NCBI GenBank assembly: GCA_016777225.1
Contig: JADHRW010000005.1
Coordinates: 11,857 to 75,856, forward strand
DNA: 64,000 nt
Direction: 5' to 3'
Source: Candidatus Thalassarchaeum sp.
Lineage (GTDB): Archaea; Thermoplasmatota; Poseidoniia; Poseidoniales; Thalassarchaeaceae
Shown here: in pieces, positions 43,901-53,700 of the stretch
How the letters are laid out: every line of letters starts with the position of its first letter
Numbering within the stretch: the first letter of the stretch is position 1
The notes under the pieces: generated by a model
Database searches by the model: none
What the model was told of the DNA's origin: nothing
What the model saw: the letters and a program-made list of their open reading frames with translations, nothing else
Translations under genes and position numbers: made by a program

Positions 43901-46571
43901 TTTGTGTATCATCTCCTGCAGTCCATCTTTCAAGTACACTCATTCCTTGACCTCGTTCTATCAACGATGCCCCCTCATCATGACCTGCCAGAATCTTTGT
44001 CGTAGAAGACCCGCTAGCAAGAGGACTGCTGGCAGGAACTAGTTCTACAGAAAATGTCTCACTAAATCGTGCTGAGTTATTCATTGGGGATATACATTCA
44101 TCCCACTCGTAAATATTTCCTTGAATTAATGTCCAACCAGTCCAAGTACAAACTCCACGGTTTGTCGCTGCAACTACACCGTCCGCATCACTCTTGATAT
44201 CGTTGATTTTCCATGGGTCATTATTACCACCCGGAACGTCTGTTTCAAAATATTCCCAACTAGAACCATCCCATCTAGCCATAGCTTGATTTGAAGTACC
44301 TCCAGAATTAGGAACTTCCATACCGACTATTAGACCTCCATAGTAATCTAGATGAAGTGCGAGTACATCATTATCGGGTAAACCACTATTTCCCTCAGCA
44401 TTCCATATATCGATGATATCGCCAGTATACCGGTCAAGTAATAATATTCCAAATCCAGTCAATCCTAAGTAAATAGTGCCACCATCAATCGCTATTGGAG
44501 CAGCTTCTAAGTTATCTGCACCTAGAGATTTCCATGATGATAATATGGATAATTCTTGTAAATCAATTCTCATAACTCCATCATCAGGAGTTGCAACATA
44601 TGCGATACCATATCGTGTGACAACATCATTAATGAAATCTGAATCTAAACCATCTTGCTCAGTGATAATATCTGAAAGTGTCATTGAAGATGTATTCACA
44701 AAGGATAGCCCATCTTCTGAATGAGCTACTACTAAAATTTCAGTAAATTCATCATGTGATAAAGATTGAACATTTGTTGAAGCTAGGCCTTGAACAGTTC
44801 CTATGTAAGATGCATCTGTATTATCTAATCTCAAAATACCTGCATTGAGTGTACCGGCCCAAACATAGTTATCTGAATCTTGAATAAGTGAAGTGATTTG
44901 AATAGGGTTATTCACATAATCAGTAATATCAATTGGGGTAAGCCATGTTTGAGTCTCTTCATCGAATCTATCTATTACGGTTCCACCTGATACCCAAATT
45001 TCTCCTCTTTCTTCATCATCGACAAAAATTACTTCAGTCATACTATTTATTGACGGGCTACTAACTAATGTTTCAGTTCCATCAATAGTTTCACCCATTA
45101 AACGACCTAACACTCCTGAGCCATCACCCAACAATACCAAACCAGAGTCCGGACTTCTAGATTTATCAAGATTCGGCCATGAAATTATTTCATTACCATT
45201 TTCTTGGAGATCGAATACTGATAACTGTTTTTGTGAACTAAAGAATAAAGCATTTGTATCATAGGAATGTACTGTATTACCGGCTAAAATATACATCCAA
45301 CCCTCTGTGAGGCCAATTCCTGATATTTGATTGGAAGAAAGCCAATTACTTGTCGACCAAGTGGCCATCCATGAACTTGATGCAAGATTCCGACGATTAA
45401 TTCCTGCATTTTCGGTTGCAATAAGAAGTTGATTATCGAATATCTGTAGATCATTTATGAAATTAGAAGATAAGAAATTATCAGTATTCCAAATTGTATT
45501 ACTATCAACTGAAACTAGTCCTTGCATAGTGGTTGAGTAGCCTAAGAAATGTAATCCTTGGTACGTAGATACATACAAATTATCCCCATATGCTAATACA
45601 TCAGTAGCGGTTTTTATAGCTCCACCTGGGCAATAATAGTAAGATGACCAGCTACCATCATCTGTATAGAAAATATTACAACCAGCAACGGCCCAAATCG
45701 TCCCATAATCATCAACTGTTACTGCTGTTATTGCGGAAATTGTATTGTTAAAGACTAAATTAATAGATTCCATTGACGAAGAATCAGAAAGGCTACGTTG
45801 TAATATAGCGCCATCAGAAGTCCCTATTATCAATCGATTACTCGATTCATCGATTGCAAGACTACGACCTTGGATGCCTTCTTCAACATCGATTATTCGA
45901 GTAGATGTTTGATCATCTAGATGTAATAAGTCATCTCCTAATAAAATGTATAATCTTCCGTCGATAGGATTGACGGCACTATCATAAATTTCTACATCTA
46001 ATGAGGAAAAAGATACTTTTGGTTCAGCTGGACGAAGGGCTTCAATAACTATATCGGTAATCGAAATACCAGTTGGTAACTGCCAAGTAGTATCGCTAAC
46101 GGAATTTGGTTGGAGATATGCATCGAGGACTCCGTTAGAATTTACTTCAGGTTGATTTTCAGCAAAAGAATCTTGCATTCCAAAGCCCCCTAAATCAGTC
46201 CAGTCAAGTATTGGAGTTTGGGTATCCATCAAAGTGATTTGTGGTTCATATGCCCACTCGCCATTAGAACCATTTACTTTGACTTCGAAAGTCATGTTAT
46301 CTATTACTGCACCTGGGGCGAAATTATAGAATAAGTCGCCATATGCATAAGTTCCATTAGAAGGATTAGCACCAGTTGCAGATAATTCAATCCATCCAGT
46401 ATCATTACTCCCACTTGCTCCCCAAGCACCAGGAACTGAATACTTCGGGTCATTATTATCATCAAGATTTGTCGAAGTAAATGCAGACCATGGCAGTAAC
46501 ACCATTAGTGCCACTAGTAAGATTGCCATCCGCTTTTGCGAGGCAAAAAACGAACGATTTACAGGGGGCAC
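37986..46571 (-). CDS. Giant (2861 aa) surface protein: beta-propeller repeats, FN3-like repeats, C-terminal TM and acidic tail
   Basis: Signal peptide; recurring GL.sn.V..L repeats; D.P.DDG..I...W repeats; TM IIAVLSGIMVLIGGALVL; D/E-rich tail. Confidence 0.82.
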   Translation of the reverse strand: MPPVNRSFFASQKRMAILLVALMVLLPWSAFTSTNLDDNNDPKYSVPGAWGASGSNDTGWIELSATGANPSNGTYAYGDLFYNFAPGAVIDNMTFEVKVNGSNGEWAYEPQITLMDTQTPILDWTDLGGFGMQDSFAENQPEVNSNGVLDAYLQPNSVSDTTWQLPTGISITDIVIEALRPAEPKVSFSSLDVEIYDSAVNPIDGRLYILLGDDLLHLDDQTSTRIIDVEEGIQGRSLAIDESSNRLIIGTSDGAILQRSLSDSSSMESINLVFNNTISAITAVTVDDYGTIWAVAGCNIFYTDDGSWSSYYYCPGGAIKTATDVLAYGDNLYVSTYQGLHFLGYSTTMQGLVSVDSNTIWNTDNFLSSNFINDLQIFDNQLLIATENAGINRRNLASSSWMATWSTSNWLSSNQISGIGLTEGWMYILAGNTVHSYDTNALFFSSQKQLSVFDLQENGNEIISWPNLDKSRSPDSGLVLLGDGSGVLGRLMGETIDGTETLVSSPSINSMTEVIFVDDEERGEIWVSGGTVIDRFDEETQTWLTPIDITDYVNNPIQITSLIQDSDNYVWAGTLNAGILRLDNTDASYIGTVQGLASTNVQSLSHDEFTEILVVAHSEDGLSFVNTSSMTLSDIITEQDGLDSDFINDVVTRYGIAYVATPDDGVMRIDLQELSILSSWKSLGADNLEAAPIAIDGGTIYLGLTGFGILLLDRYTGDIIDIWNAEGNSGLPDNDVLALHLDYYGGLIVGMEVPNSGGTSNQAMARWDGSSWEYFETDVPGGNNDPWKINDIKSDADGVVAATNRGVCTWTGWTLIQGNIYEWDECISPMNNSARFSETFSVELVPASSPLASGSSTTKILAGHDEGASLIERGQGMSVLERWTAGDDTQRARIVKVQDILYIGFENTGIGRYNLTSQEWLQTWDGDQGFIDDDDVTVLIPGHIEDTIWAGGDFGLTLIDVVNNTVLIDWNRGFNSGGPTLSNSAPADVVIIGDILHYSTQRSNSWFQSNDQIYRINLSSNSSESTIDAGQELGWDGKIHSIGQVSEELWVGIRPSQYWNNGDGTIARWNTTNETWEDPLTTLGSVERVNAQYLGDCFPINASSCELWIAYGDNVLRRFSAQTMTLIDEWTDIGGPIRGMVEYQGEYLFASMEGILRWSPNNETWLDSWLVNDGLPSDANDELYTMITVGDDLWAGSYSGGGGFNTNSEIIRKNGTTGNWTTWDAGSVGIPSGYIADIEVCDDIVHIAVGAVNFWGNQGGIARYDLAADDWMTSVLTSNGLADNDVRALACDDANRIMYAGFDEEGVGIARYDYNAGLFLDTLTNAADGISEDRIFPGGMLHDGNVLLTAHQYDDTGGISRIVTSGTSTINGQILSPGMDACSIVRTPSSTTPVYAIGRSGQTSGVNRVDRLDSTGLIESGYDELVGITSGQIQNIIFNETNVWVTSSQDRNSYYASSVLQGELTNGTVRWEFGYDFEGDIINDISLDGDKLWVTTAGSGLWKIDTVQRVKTPASAALHSQMDGMYFDDDGTMYVGLMGESGTAAGYQSFDTNTENWGPGSLIAGLPSNIVRDFLQLDSHLLIATHGGIGLYNFSTLSFDNPITSYNGLPSTIIEHLMILDNPIQGNGTILAGGLAGLTVLDDETFTVLNTLDFSDGLIGNRVSGLFFSDSVTREVAVGNSTIVQHHNASVFISHNGQGATRPGVAAWDIDTDMQNGTYLIDMIPSNNVLNLEADTWGVHVATDISPIVHWNGTMMQMETGTSGTNLLSWPPLDMISDGENLVFISAGGIDVLEADKDHSVVKSELSSGLLSGYVNANSLYVIGEDGLHLYTPIVSLNERPRDYQRRAEPLFAIFGGEIWDITNTTHPGMSTILIDNSDPLSIPNDSSSIPGILPMYNGALTLSSPISNSPIWARSTSLNYSGSWDLAGRNPAIEAGFQTAISNVGPGSNSVELHIQMQSPKNGTISVRMSYDWERVEVPTVFTSFSNRANDGGGVLEASWLPSEDAAWYAYRLYIWDSTSTPDWQPNEQDLDDFAGHMRVSFWSQTTATITEADHNGRMSPLVNGNQYRAAIVTEYPDGSLGEPMTWPYNVTPIDEVPSPPEWLDAKPVSGGTAGTIYAEWSACTESDADKTRIWAVEQEITNALALTNPYDISSISGNNTVLQLNPGATYWFAAVCVDQSGQSDLLNATIAGPIVTAGGLDDGIPPAPIEGTTATDVLDDDGGQIQVNWYSNDEDDCAYYTIYALPASSWQPPNNVDGWPVSSYVPDCTTNSTVISSIGDTLFTDDISYWIGVVASDDWGNQNLNDVLVVEVTPQSNNGGVGIPPERVSGLNAFDHPDDDGTAIDISWNRSLATDFSFYTIWVSDFYQENLTESWINCADSPQSCGLISINQQQIGGAFELQLTVYTAHYGDSVSQQSSSSIIPEIPLYVTITTHDINGNVFLTDMQNQMVLVIPSDNSGDVFPPARIEAPQLSDRPSDDGDGVFVTFQESDESDISEYWIYADTVPFSSLDNRQPALVLSRDLEIPVLLERFSDGSPLAPNIMFWVSIIPVDSSGNYWDQGVKTSSIALINENILDPGLHIPKIGGVIAYWDSAGSSIQIEWDQKNDPIIESYYIYLSSTPFEDTRDADTSQLVSKLYSSYSWKSDVSQNIDGNEYSLDNENTYWIAIVGFDGEVHRLAVNPLEVQPWSESAFGSDNSGVDNSGASWINQLIDGDMNMIIAVLSGIMVLIGGALVLKPREQSAPQPWEMGTLEVELEDQMFDDDLGIDDEEYFTADEVSSSSEIIVDQEIDYPVDYTDAPVNSPSADVVDELLGEEEEIDLDDLSELADDFDFDDLDDLAGDLNDEEDIDTSFIDDIL

Positions 46572-46763
46572 GAACTAACCGCGTCGTTTTATACATTATC
46601 AAAGGGTGTGTTAAATGTGCCTTTTGTGCTCCTACCACCGTAGGTGATTTTCAATTAATATCTTTTTAAAAAAGAATGAACAGAGGGCTGATAATATGAA
46701 TCTGCTATATCGGATAGCATCATAGGTAAGTGGTATCCCCGATAAATATAGGGGGATGTAATC

Positions 46764-49046
46764 TTGACAGATAAGCAACTTCGAAAAGACGCATTGGATT
46801 ACCACTCATCCAAACCGGCTGGAAAAATAACAGTAGTACCAACTAAACCTCATGGTACACAGAGAGATTTGTCTCTGGCTTATTCGCCTGGAGTAGCCTA
46901 TCCGTGTAAAGAGATTCAGAAAGACCCGGGTGCAGCATTTAAATACACATCTAAAGGAAATTTAGTTGCGGTAATTAGTAATGGAACCGCTGTACTAGGG
47001 CTTGGAAATATTGGAGCATTGGCAGGTAAGCCTGTTATGGAAGGTAAAGGATTATTGTTCAAAGCTTTCGCAGATATCGATGTTTTTGATATTGAAATCG
47101 ATCGTACTGATGTAGATGAATTTGTCGAAGCGGTCAAAGCAATTTCACCAACATTTGGAGGTATAAATTTAGAAGATATTAAGGCTCCCGAATGCTTTGA
47201 AATTGAGAGAAGATTAATCGATGAATTAGATATTCCTGTAATGCATGACGATCAACATGGGACCGCAATTATTTCAGGGGCTGCTTTGTTGAATGGCTTA
47301 GAAGTTGTAGATAAGGAAATCGCAGAAGTGAAAGTAGTAGTTTCTGGAGCCGGTGCATCAGCAATTTCCTGTGCTCGTCATTACATTCGCTTAGGTGTGA
47401 AAAACGAAAACTTACTTATGATAGATTCTAAAGGTATCTTAACCAAAAAACGCTCAGTAGATGGAGAATTAAATAAATATAAAGACGAATTTGCAAGAGA
47501 TGTTAAAGAAGGTGGTCTAAAAGAAGCAATGATAGATTCAGATGTTTTCCTTGGACTTTCAAAAGGAGGTGTTGTTAGTAAAGAAATGGTTGCTTCAATG
47601 GCATCAAGACCATTGGTTTTCGCTCTAGCAAACCCCGACCCTGAAATTTTACCAGATGATGTTTATGAAGTTAGAGAAGATGCAATTATAGCTACTGGAC
47701 GTTCAGATTACCCTAATCAAATAAACAATGTATTAGGCTTCCCATATATATTCCGTGGAGCATTGGATGTTAGAGCAACTGAGATAACTGAAAATATGAA
47801 AATGGCAGCAACACATGCAATTGCAGCATTAGCAAAAGAGCCTGTTCCAGATGATGTCGCTGCAGCATATGATGGTGAACAAATTCAATTTGGTTCTGAA
47901 TATATAATACCAAAACCATTCGATGCTAGAGTCTTGATATGGGAAGCAAGTGCAGTTGCTAAAGCAGCTGTTGATGAAGGAATTTCGAAATATAGTAAGA
48001 AAGATTTTGATATTGAAAGATATCGTGAGGAATTAGAAGCGAGATTAGGATTAACTCGTTCTATAATGCGTCGAGTAATCAATAGAGCACGCAGAGATAG
48101 AAAGAGAATTGTTTTCGCAGAAGGAGAACATCCAACTATAATCAAAGCTGCTGCACAGTGTATTTCTGAAAATATTTGTGAACCTATTTTACTCGGACAC
48201 ACAAGAAGAATTAATGCGGTAAAAGAAGAGTTAGGCCTTGAATTCGAATGTGAAACTATTGACGTCAGGTATGATCCTAGAAGAAGAGGAAGTTATGCGA
48301 AAGAATTTCATCAACTAAGGGGTAGGAAGGGGCTGACTATGGAAGATTCAGTCAGATTATTGAAAACTACGACTTATTTTGGGCCTATGATGGTGCATAT
48401 GGGAGATGCTGATGGATATCTTGGAGGTATTTCTCATAATTATCCAGATATTGTCAAGCCATGTCTGCAAACAATTGGGCCTGCTCCAGACACGCATAGA
48501 ATTGTAGGCATGTATATGATGACAGTTAATGGGCAACTAATGTTCATTGGTGATGCCACAATTAATATTTATCCTGATTCTAGAACATTGGCTGAAATTG
48601 CTGTTCAAACAGCAAAAGTTGCTCGAAGATTTGGCGTTAAACCCAAAGTTGCTATGCTTTCATTCTCAAACTTCGGAACAAGTGGGGAGATGAGGACAGA
48701 TCGAATCGAAGAGGCAATAGAAATTGCTAGAAGCTTAGAACCTGGCCTAGTAATTGACGGACCTATGCAGGCAGATACAGCGCTAATCGAAAAGATTCAA
48801 GAAAACTACCCATTCATGGAATTTGACGGGCCTGCAAATGTCTTAATTTGTCCGAATCTAGCATCCGCAAATATTGCATATAAATTACTTCAAAGAGTAG
48901 CGGGGGCAGAAATGACTGGCCCTATTTTAGAAGGTCTAGCGAAACCTGCACACGTCCTGCAAAGAGACGACAGTGTTCGAGAAGTCGTTCATATGGCCGC
49001 AATATGCGCAGTTGATGCCCAAAGACATGCAACACAAAAACTCTAA
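46764..49046 (+). CDS. maeB: NADP-dependent malic enzyme with PTA domain
   Basis: [53 protein letters not shown]-terminal PTA-like domain (FAEGE, DGPMQAD). Confidence 0.96.
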   Translation: MTDKQLRKDALDYHSSKPAGKITVVPTKPHGTQRDLSLAYSPGVAYPCKEIQKDPGAAFKYTSKGNLVAVISNGTAVLGLGNIGALAGKPVMEGKGLLFKAFADIDVFDIEIDRTDVDEFVEAVKAISPTFGGINLEDIKAPECFEIERRLIDELDIPVMHDDQHGTAIISGAALLNGLEVVDKEIAEVKVVVSGAGASAISCARHYIRLGVKNENLLMIDSKGILTKKRSVDGELNKYKDEFARDVKEGGLKEAMIDSDVFLGLSKGGVVSKEMVASMASRPLVFALANPDPEILPDDVYEVREDAIIATGRSDYPNQINNVLGFPYIFRGALDVRATEITENMKMAATHAIAALAKEPVPDDVAAAYDGEQIQFGSEYIIPKPFDARVLIWEASAVAKAAVDEGISKYSKKDFDIERYREELEARLGLTRSIMRRVINRARRDRKRIVFAEGEHPTIIKAAAQCISENICEPILLGHTRRINAVKEELGLEFECETIDVRYDPRRRGSYAKEFHQLRGRKGLTMEDSVRLLKTTTYFGPMMVHMGDADGYLGGISHNYPDIVKPCLQTIGPAPDTHRIVGMYMMTVNGQLMFIGDATINIYPDSRTLAEIAVQTAKVARRFGVKPKVAMLSFSNFGTSGEMRTDRIEEAIEIARSLEPGLVIDGPMQADTALIEKIQENYPFMEFDGPANVLICPNLASANIAYKLLQRVAGAEMTGPILEGLAKPAHVLQRDDSVREVVHMAAICAVDAQRHATQKL

Positions 49047-49054
49047 GAAATTCT

Positions 49055-50677
49055 CTACTCTAATACTTTAGGAGATGCAGAAAGTACTTCTTCACTACAA
49101 CCTTCAGAGTACTGTTCGAAATTTTCAATAAACATTTGTGCCAATAAATTTGCTACATTGTCAAATCGAGTTTTATCTGCCCAGGTTTCTCTAGGTTGAA
49201 GTATCTCATCAGGAACTCCTTCGCAAGATGTAGGTATATGGAAACCGAATCTTTCATCTTCTACAAATATCACATCATCTAATGAACCATCTAATGCGGC
49301 ATTAAGAAGAGCCCGAGTCCATTTTATACGTATTCGACTAGACTCACCGTATCCTCCTGCAACCCATCCAGTATTAATTAACCAACAATTTGCATTATGG
49401 TCTCGGATTTTATTGGAAAGTAGATCTGCATAAATACTTGGATGCCTAGGCATAAATGGTGCACCAAAACATGTTGAAAATGTTGCTTGAGGCTCAGTTA
49501 TTCCTATCTCCGTACCTGCGACTTTTGCTGTATATCCCGAAATAAAATGGTAAGCCGCTTGCTCAGGAGTCAATCGTGAAAGAGGAGGAAGGACGCCAAA
49601 AGCGTCACAAGTTAGGAAAACAACATCTTTTGGATGTCCTCCAATAGAATCTAATGTGCGATTTTCGATAGACTCTATGGGGTAAGAACCACGAGTATTT
49701 TGCGTCAAAGTACCATCCTCAAAATTAGGTACACCATTTGCATCTAAAATGACATTTTCTAAAACTGAACCAGGCATCCTAGTTGTGGCAAATATAGCAG
49801 GTTCATCTTCCTTAGAAAGACCGATTAATTTAGCATAACATCCTCCTTCGAAATTGAATACACCATCATCAGACCATCCATGTTCATCATCACCGATTAA
49901 TGCACGACCTGGATCTGCTGAAAGTGTGGTTTTTCCTGTCCCTGAAAGTCCGAAGAATAATGCTGAATTAGTATAATCAGTATTGGCAGAACAATGCATA
50001 GGAAGCAATCCTTTAGCGGGTAATATATGATTCATTATGGTGAATATTGCTTTTTTGATTTCGCCCGCATATTGAGTGCCTCCAATAATCACAAGCCCTC
50101 TATCTAAAGCAAGAATTACAAACACTCCTGAATTTATCCCATCTTCTTTGGGGTTGGCAAGAAGTTCGGGAGCATGAAGAATAGTATATTCAGGTACATG
50201 ATTAACTAGTTCACTAGGTTCACTTCTTACAAACATATTATGGAAGAAAGATGCGTGCCAAGCTTTTTCTGTAATCAAACGAACTGGCATAGAGTATTTT
50301 TTATCCGCTCCACAATGAGCATCTTTGACAAACAATACATCTCTATTATCAAGATAATTTTGTACCTTAGTGAGTAAATTATCAAAGATTGCAGGAGATG
50401 TAGATTTGTTTACTTCACCCCACCATACTTCATCTGCTAAACCTGATTCTTCAACAATGAATCTATCATTAGGTGAACGACCTGTTCTCTCACCTGTGGT
50501 TGCTAACAATACTCCGTGAGATGTGAGAGATGCTTCGCCTCTTTCAACAGCCATCTCATGTAGGTCTTTCCAACCAAGATTCCAGTGTACTGCTCCACTG
50601 GGGTTTAGTCCATGTGTCGCTAAAGGTGTGGCAAATTCGGAAGAGGAAGGGCCCTTCGACGTCGTCTCCATACACAT
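49055..50677 (-). CDS. pckA: Phosphoenolpyruvate carboxykinase (ATP)
   Basis: TGRSPNDR, YAGEIKK, MHCSAN, FFGLSGTGKTTLS, IGDDEHGW, FEGGCYAK; start 50677 or 50671. Confidence 0.96.
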   Translation of the reverse strand: MCMETTSKGPSSSEFATPLATHGLNPSGAVHWNLGWKDLHEMAVERGEASLTSHGVLLATTGERTGRSPNDRFIVEESGLADEVWWGEVNKSTSPAIFDNLLTKVQNYLDNRDVLFVKDAHCGADKKYSMPVRLITEKAWHASFFHNMFVRSEPSELVNHVPEYTILHAPELLANPKEDGINSGVFVILALDRGLVIIGGTQYAGEIKKAIFTIMNHILPAKGLLPMHCSANTDYTNSALFFGLSGTGKTTLSADPGRALIGDDEHGWSDDGVFNFEGGCYAKLIGLSKEDEPAIFATTRMPGSVLENVILDANGVPNFEDGTLTQNTRGSYPIESIENRTLDSIGGHPKDVVFLTCDAFGVLPPLSRLTPEQAAYHFISGYTAKVAGTEIGITEPQATFSTCFGAPFMPRHPSIYADLLSNKIRDHNANCWLINTGWVAGGYGESSRIRIKWTRALLNAALDGSLDDVIFVEDERFGFHIPTSCEGVPDEILQPRETWADKTRFDNVANLLAQMFIENFEQYSEGCSEEVLSASPKVLE

Positions 50678-50790
50678 TGACAATGTCAATTCCTTTTCAA
50701 TGATTACGGAGAGATATGGCAAATATATAAGATATATCTATTATTACAAACGGGGATTAAATTATGTCATAAACACCTGTCAGACAGACT

Positions 50791-53700
50791 GTGAGTACCG
50801 ACGACTTGGACGATGATATCATCCGTCAAAGAGCGTTTAAGATTAGTGATTCTATTAAATTAGATGACATTATTATTCCCGATGAGGTAGTTGAAGATAT
50901 CATAGTTTCTGATAAAAAAGAGACCGATGAGGCACTAGGAGATATCTTTGATCCGTTTGCTCAAGATGATGAAAATACACCCGGCAATATAGCTAAAGAT
51001 GGAACAGTAGATAATCCATCAGAAGTTGATATTGTAACTAATTTAGCCCAAGAGGGTGAAAGGAAAGTTAATTGGATATTAATGGCTTCGATGATTGTAG
51101 TATTTTCTGGTGTGAGCATTGTAGCAGGGATAGCATTAGATCCAATATTTGCAACCATTCTACTAATTATTTTAGCACTACTTGGATTCTCCTTAGGTGA
51201 ATTATGGATTCCAAAAAACAATTTACACTTACTCGGAGTGACATGGATAATAATTTCAATGAAAGTTCTGTACGGATTAGCTGTAGAATTACAAAGATGG
51301 GATATTATTTCAATAGAAATTCTTGGCCTATTTTTACTTTCACTTGTAAGTTTAAATGTTTATCTATCTTATAGGCATAATTCTGATGCAATAGCGGCTC
51401 AGTCTACTCTAATCTTACTAGCAATTGGTTCTGCAACTGGCTATAGTTTTGGAGAAATTGGTATCGCATTAATGATTTTAGTTGCAACTATCCTAGTTCA
51501 TGGATTGGCAATTCATAGAAAATCAGGTAATTTAGCGGCATTGGGTATCGCATCAACCAATCTCTGGGTTGGAATGCATGCATTAACTAATGGTTTTAGC
51601 ATTGGTTCGTTAAGTATTCTACCACTAGAAAAACCGTTACTTTTATTCATATTAATCATGATTATTACGGCAATAAATGCAAGTATGGCTGCAAAGTTTG
51701 CTAAAGATGAAAATTGGTTTTCGAAAGCATTCAAAACTTTGGGGTTAGGAGAACCTGGACTGTGGGGGGTCTCAATATCTCTGGGTATGATTGGTGCTCT
51801 AATGGCAGTAGGTGCAAATCGACAAGATTTAGGATATGCTATTGGTTTAATTGCAATATTAGCTTCTTCTTTTGGTGGTTCTTATTTGGTAGTAAGAGGG
51901 GTAAAAACAAGAAGAGTTGTTCAACCTTTACTAATTTCAGGTATCTTACTCACAATTCTTCTAATAGTTAGTGAATCGTGGGATGTTTTGCCATTTGATT
52001 CTTATGAAGTATTTGCAGTAATTGGAATATTTATTACTGGTTTTGTAATTCTTAGAGACCAAAATTCAGTTACTGATCGAGTTCTATGGACTGGTTCGGT
52101 GGGTATTCTAATATTACTTGTAATAATGATACCAGCAGAATCTTCGGAAAATTTCTGTATATCTTCTTGTCAAAAAGGAGACGGGGGGTTTCTACTCTTA
52201 TCTGCATTATCTTTAATTCATATTGGAACCGCTACACTTGCAATAAGAAGAGATTCGCCTTCTCTAGGCGGGATTACAGTTATTTTGCCCTGGTCATGGG
52301 TTGTTATTGAAGAAATGATTGAAGAGTCTATTAGAACAATCATAGTAGCAAATGGTGGTACAGACCCTGGTTCGATTATTCACATAGATCCGATTCCTTT
52401 CTTTGGATACTTAGTTACTTCCGCTATGTTGATGGCCGTAGTTAATATTAGACTGGGAGAAAATGGAGTTAATCTTGCATCAAGATTCCTAGGATTAACG
52501 GAAATGTCTGCTTCAATCAGAGATTCTGGAGCATTGCAACTTTGGAGTATTGGATTATGGTTGCCAATCATCACCATTATATTTATGTCCAACTTTGGAG
52601 GTTTCACTGCATTGACATTACTCGGAATATTTGCGATAATTACTATTATTCATGTGGTCGCAGAGATTACTAAGAAAAGAATTGGGAAAATCTCAATTAT
52701 GTTGGGAATCATTTCATCCGGATTACTAATACTGCAATGGCAATATGGACTTGAAGAAAGTTTGATGTTAATTTACTGTTTAGTTACTCTTACTTTACTT
52801 ATTCAAAATAATGGTTCTAATGAAGAAATGTACTCAATTGGAATGTCGCTGATGGCAATACCAATGTTGATTACTTTAGTTGCTAGAAAATCTAATGAAC
52901 TCATAGACTCAGATATTATACCGAGTTTTGGAATTGCTAAAATCTCTCTATTATGTACTACATTAATGATTTTTGTCTATCTTTCAAAAGCTCAAAAAAT
53001 GGAGAAATTATTAATACCTGCTCTTGCGTCTCTTTGGTTATTAACTGTGAATATCACTCTAGCATATACAGAGGGCACATATCTTGAAACTTTAGGGGCA
53101 TTGGCTTTGTTTGCGGGGAGTACAATTTGGTTAGTTGCTAATGGAGAAATAAGAAGAGAGATAAAAAGTATAGCGAAAAAAGATTCGTTGAAAAAATTGG
53201 CAACAATAGATATGAATAATGATGATATTTCAATAGGAAATGTAACTGGCTATAATCCTCAGTTAGTAGATTTAAAAAATAAAAGAAAGAAGAAAAGAGA
53301 GATGGAACATACAGACGATATTGAACAAATTTATCTGACTGATGCAACTCATAAACCGATAATAGTAATACTAGTTCTTGGATTAGTAATTATTACATCT
53401 GCGGTTATCAATTTCATAGGAGGAACAAATAATTTAATTCTACTAATAACTGGAATTTTTATCTCTATATTAGTATTAGTAGCCCGAGAACGTACAAAGG
53501 GGCTTGAGCTAGAATTACCTCATTTTTTAGGTATAGAAATACCAATTGCCATCTCAATTGGAGGAATCATAATGGTTCAAGTTTCTGGACATTTAGCAGC
53601 TGGAAGTAGTAATATCGAATTATTCGATATGGCAATAATGATTTTACTGGTAATGTTCCTATGTATTGTCTCATTAATAGATCAAAGGAATCTTCTCGAT

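Noticed and set aside
50678-50790. AT-rich ATATAT tract as a dif site; long pckA N-terminus
   Set aside because: No proper 11-6-11 inverted repeat; more likely divergent promoters.
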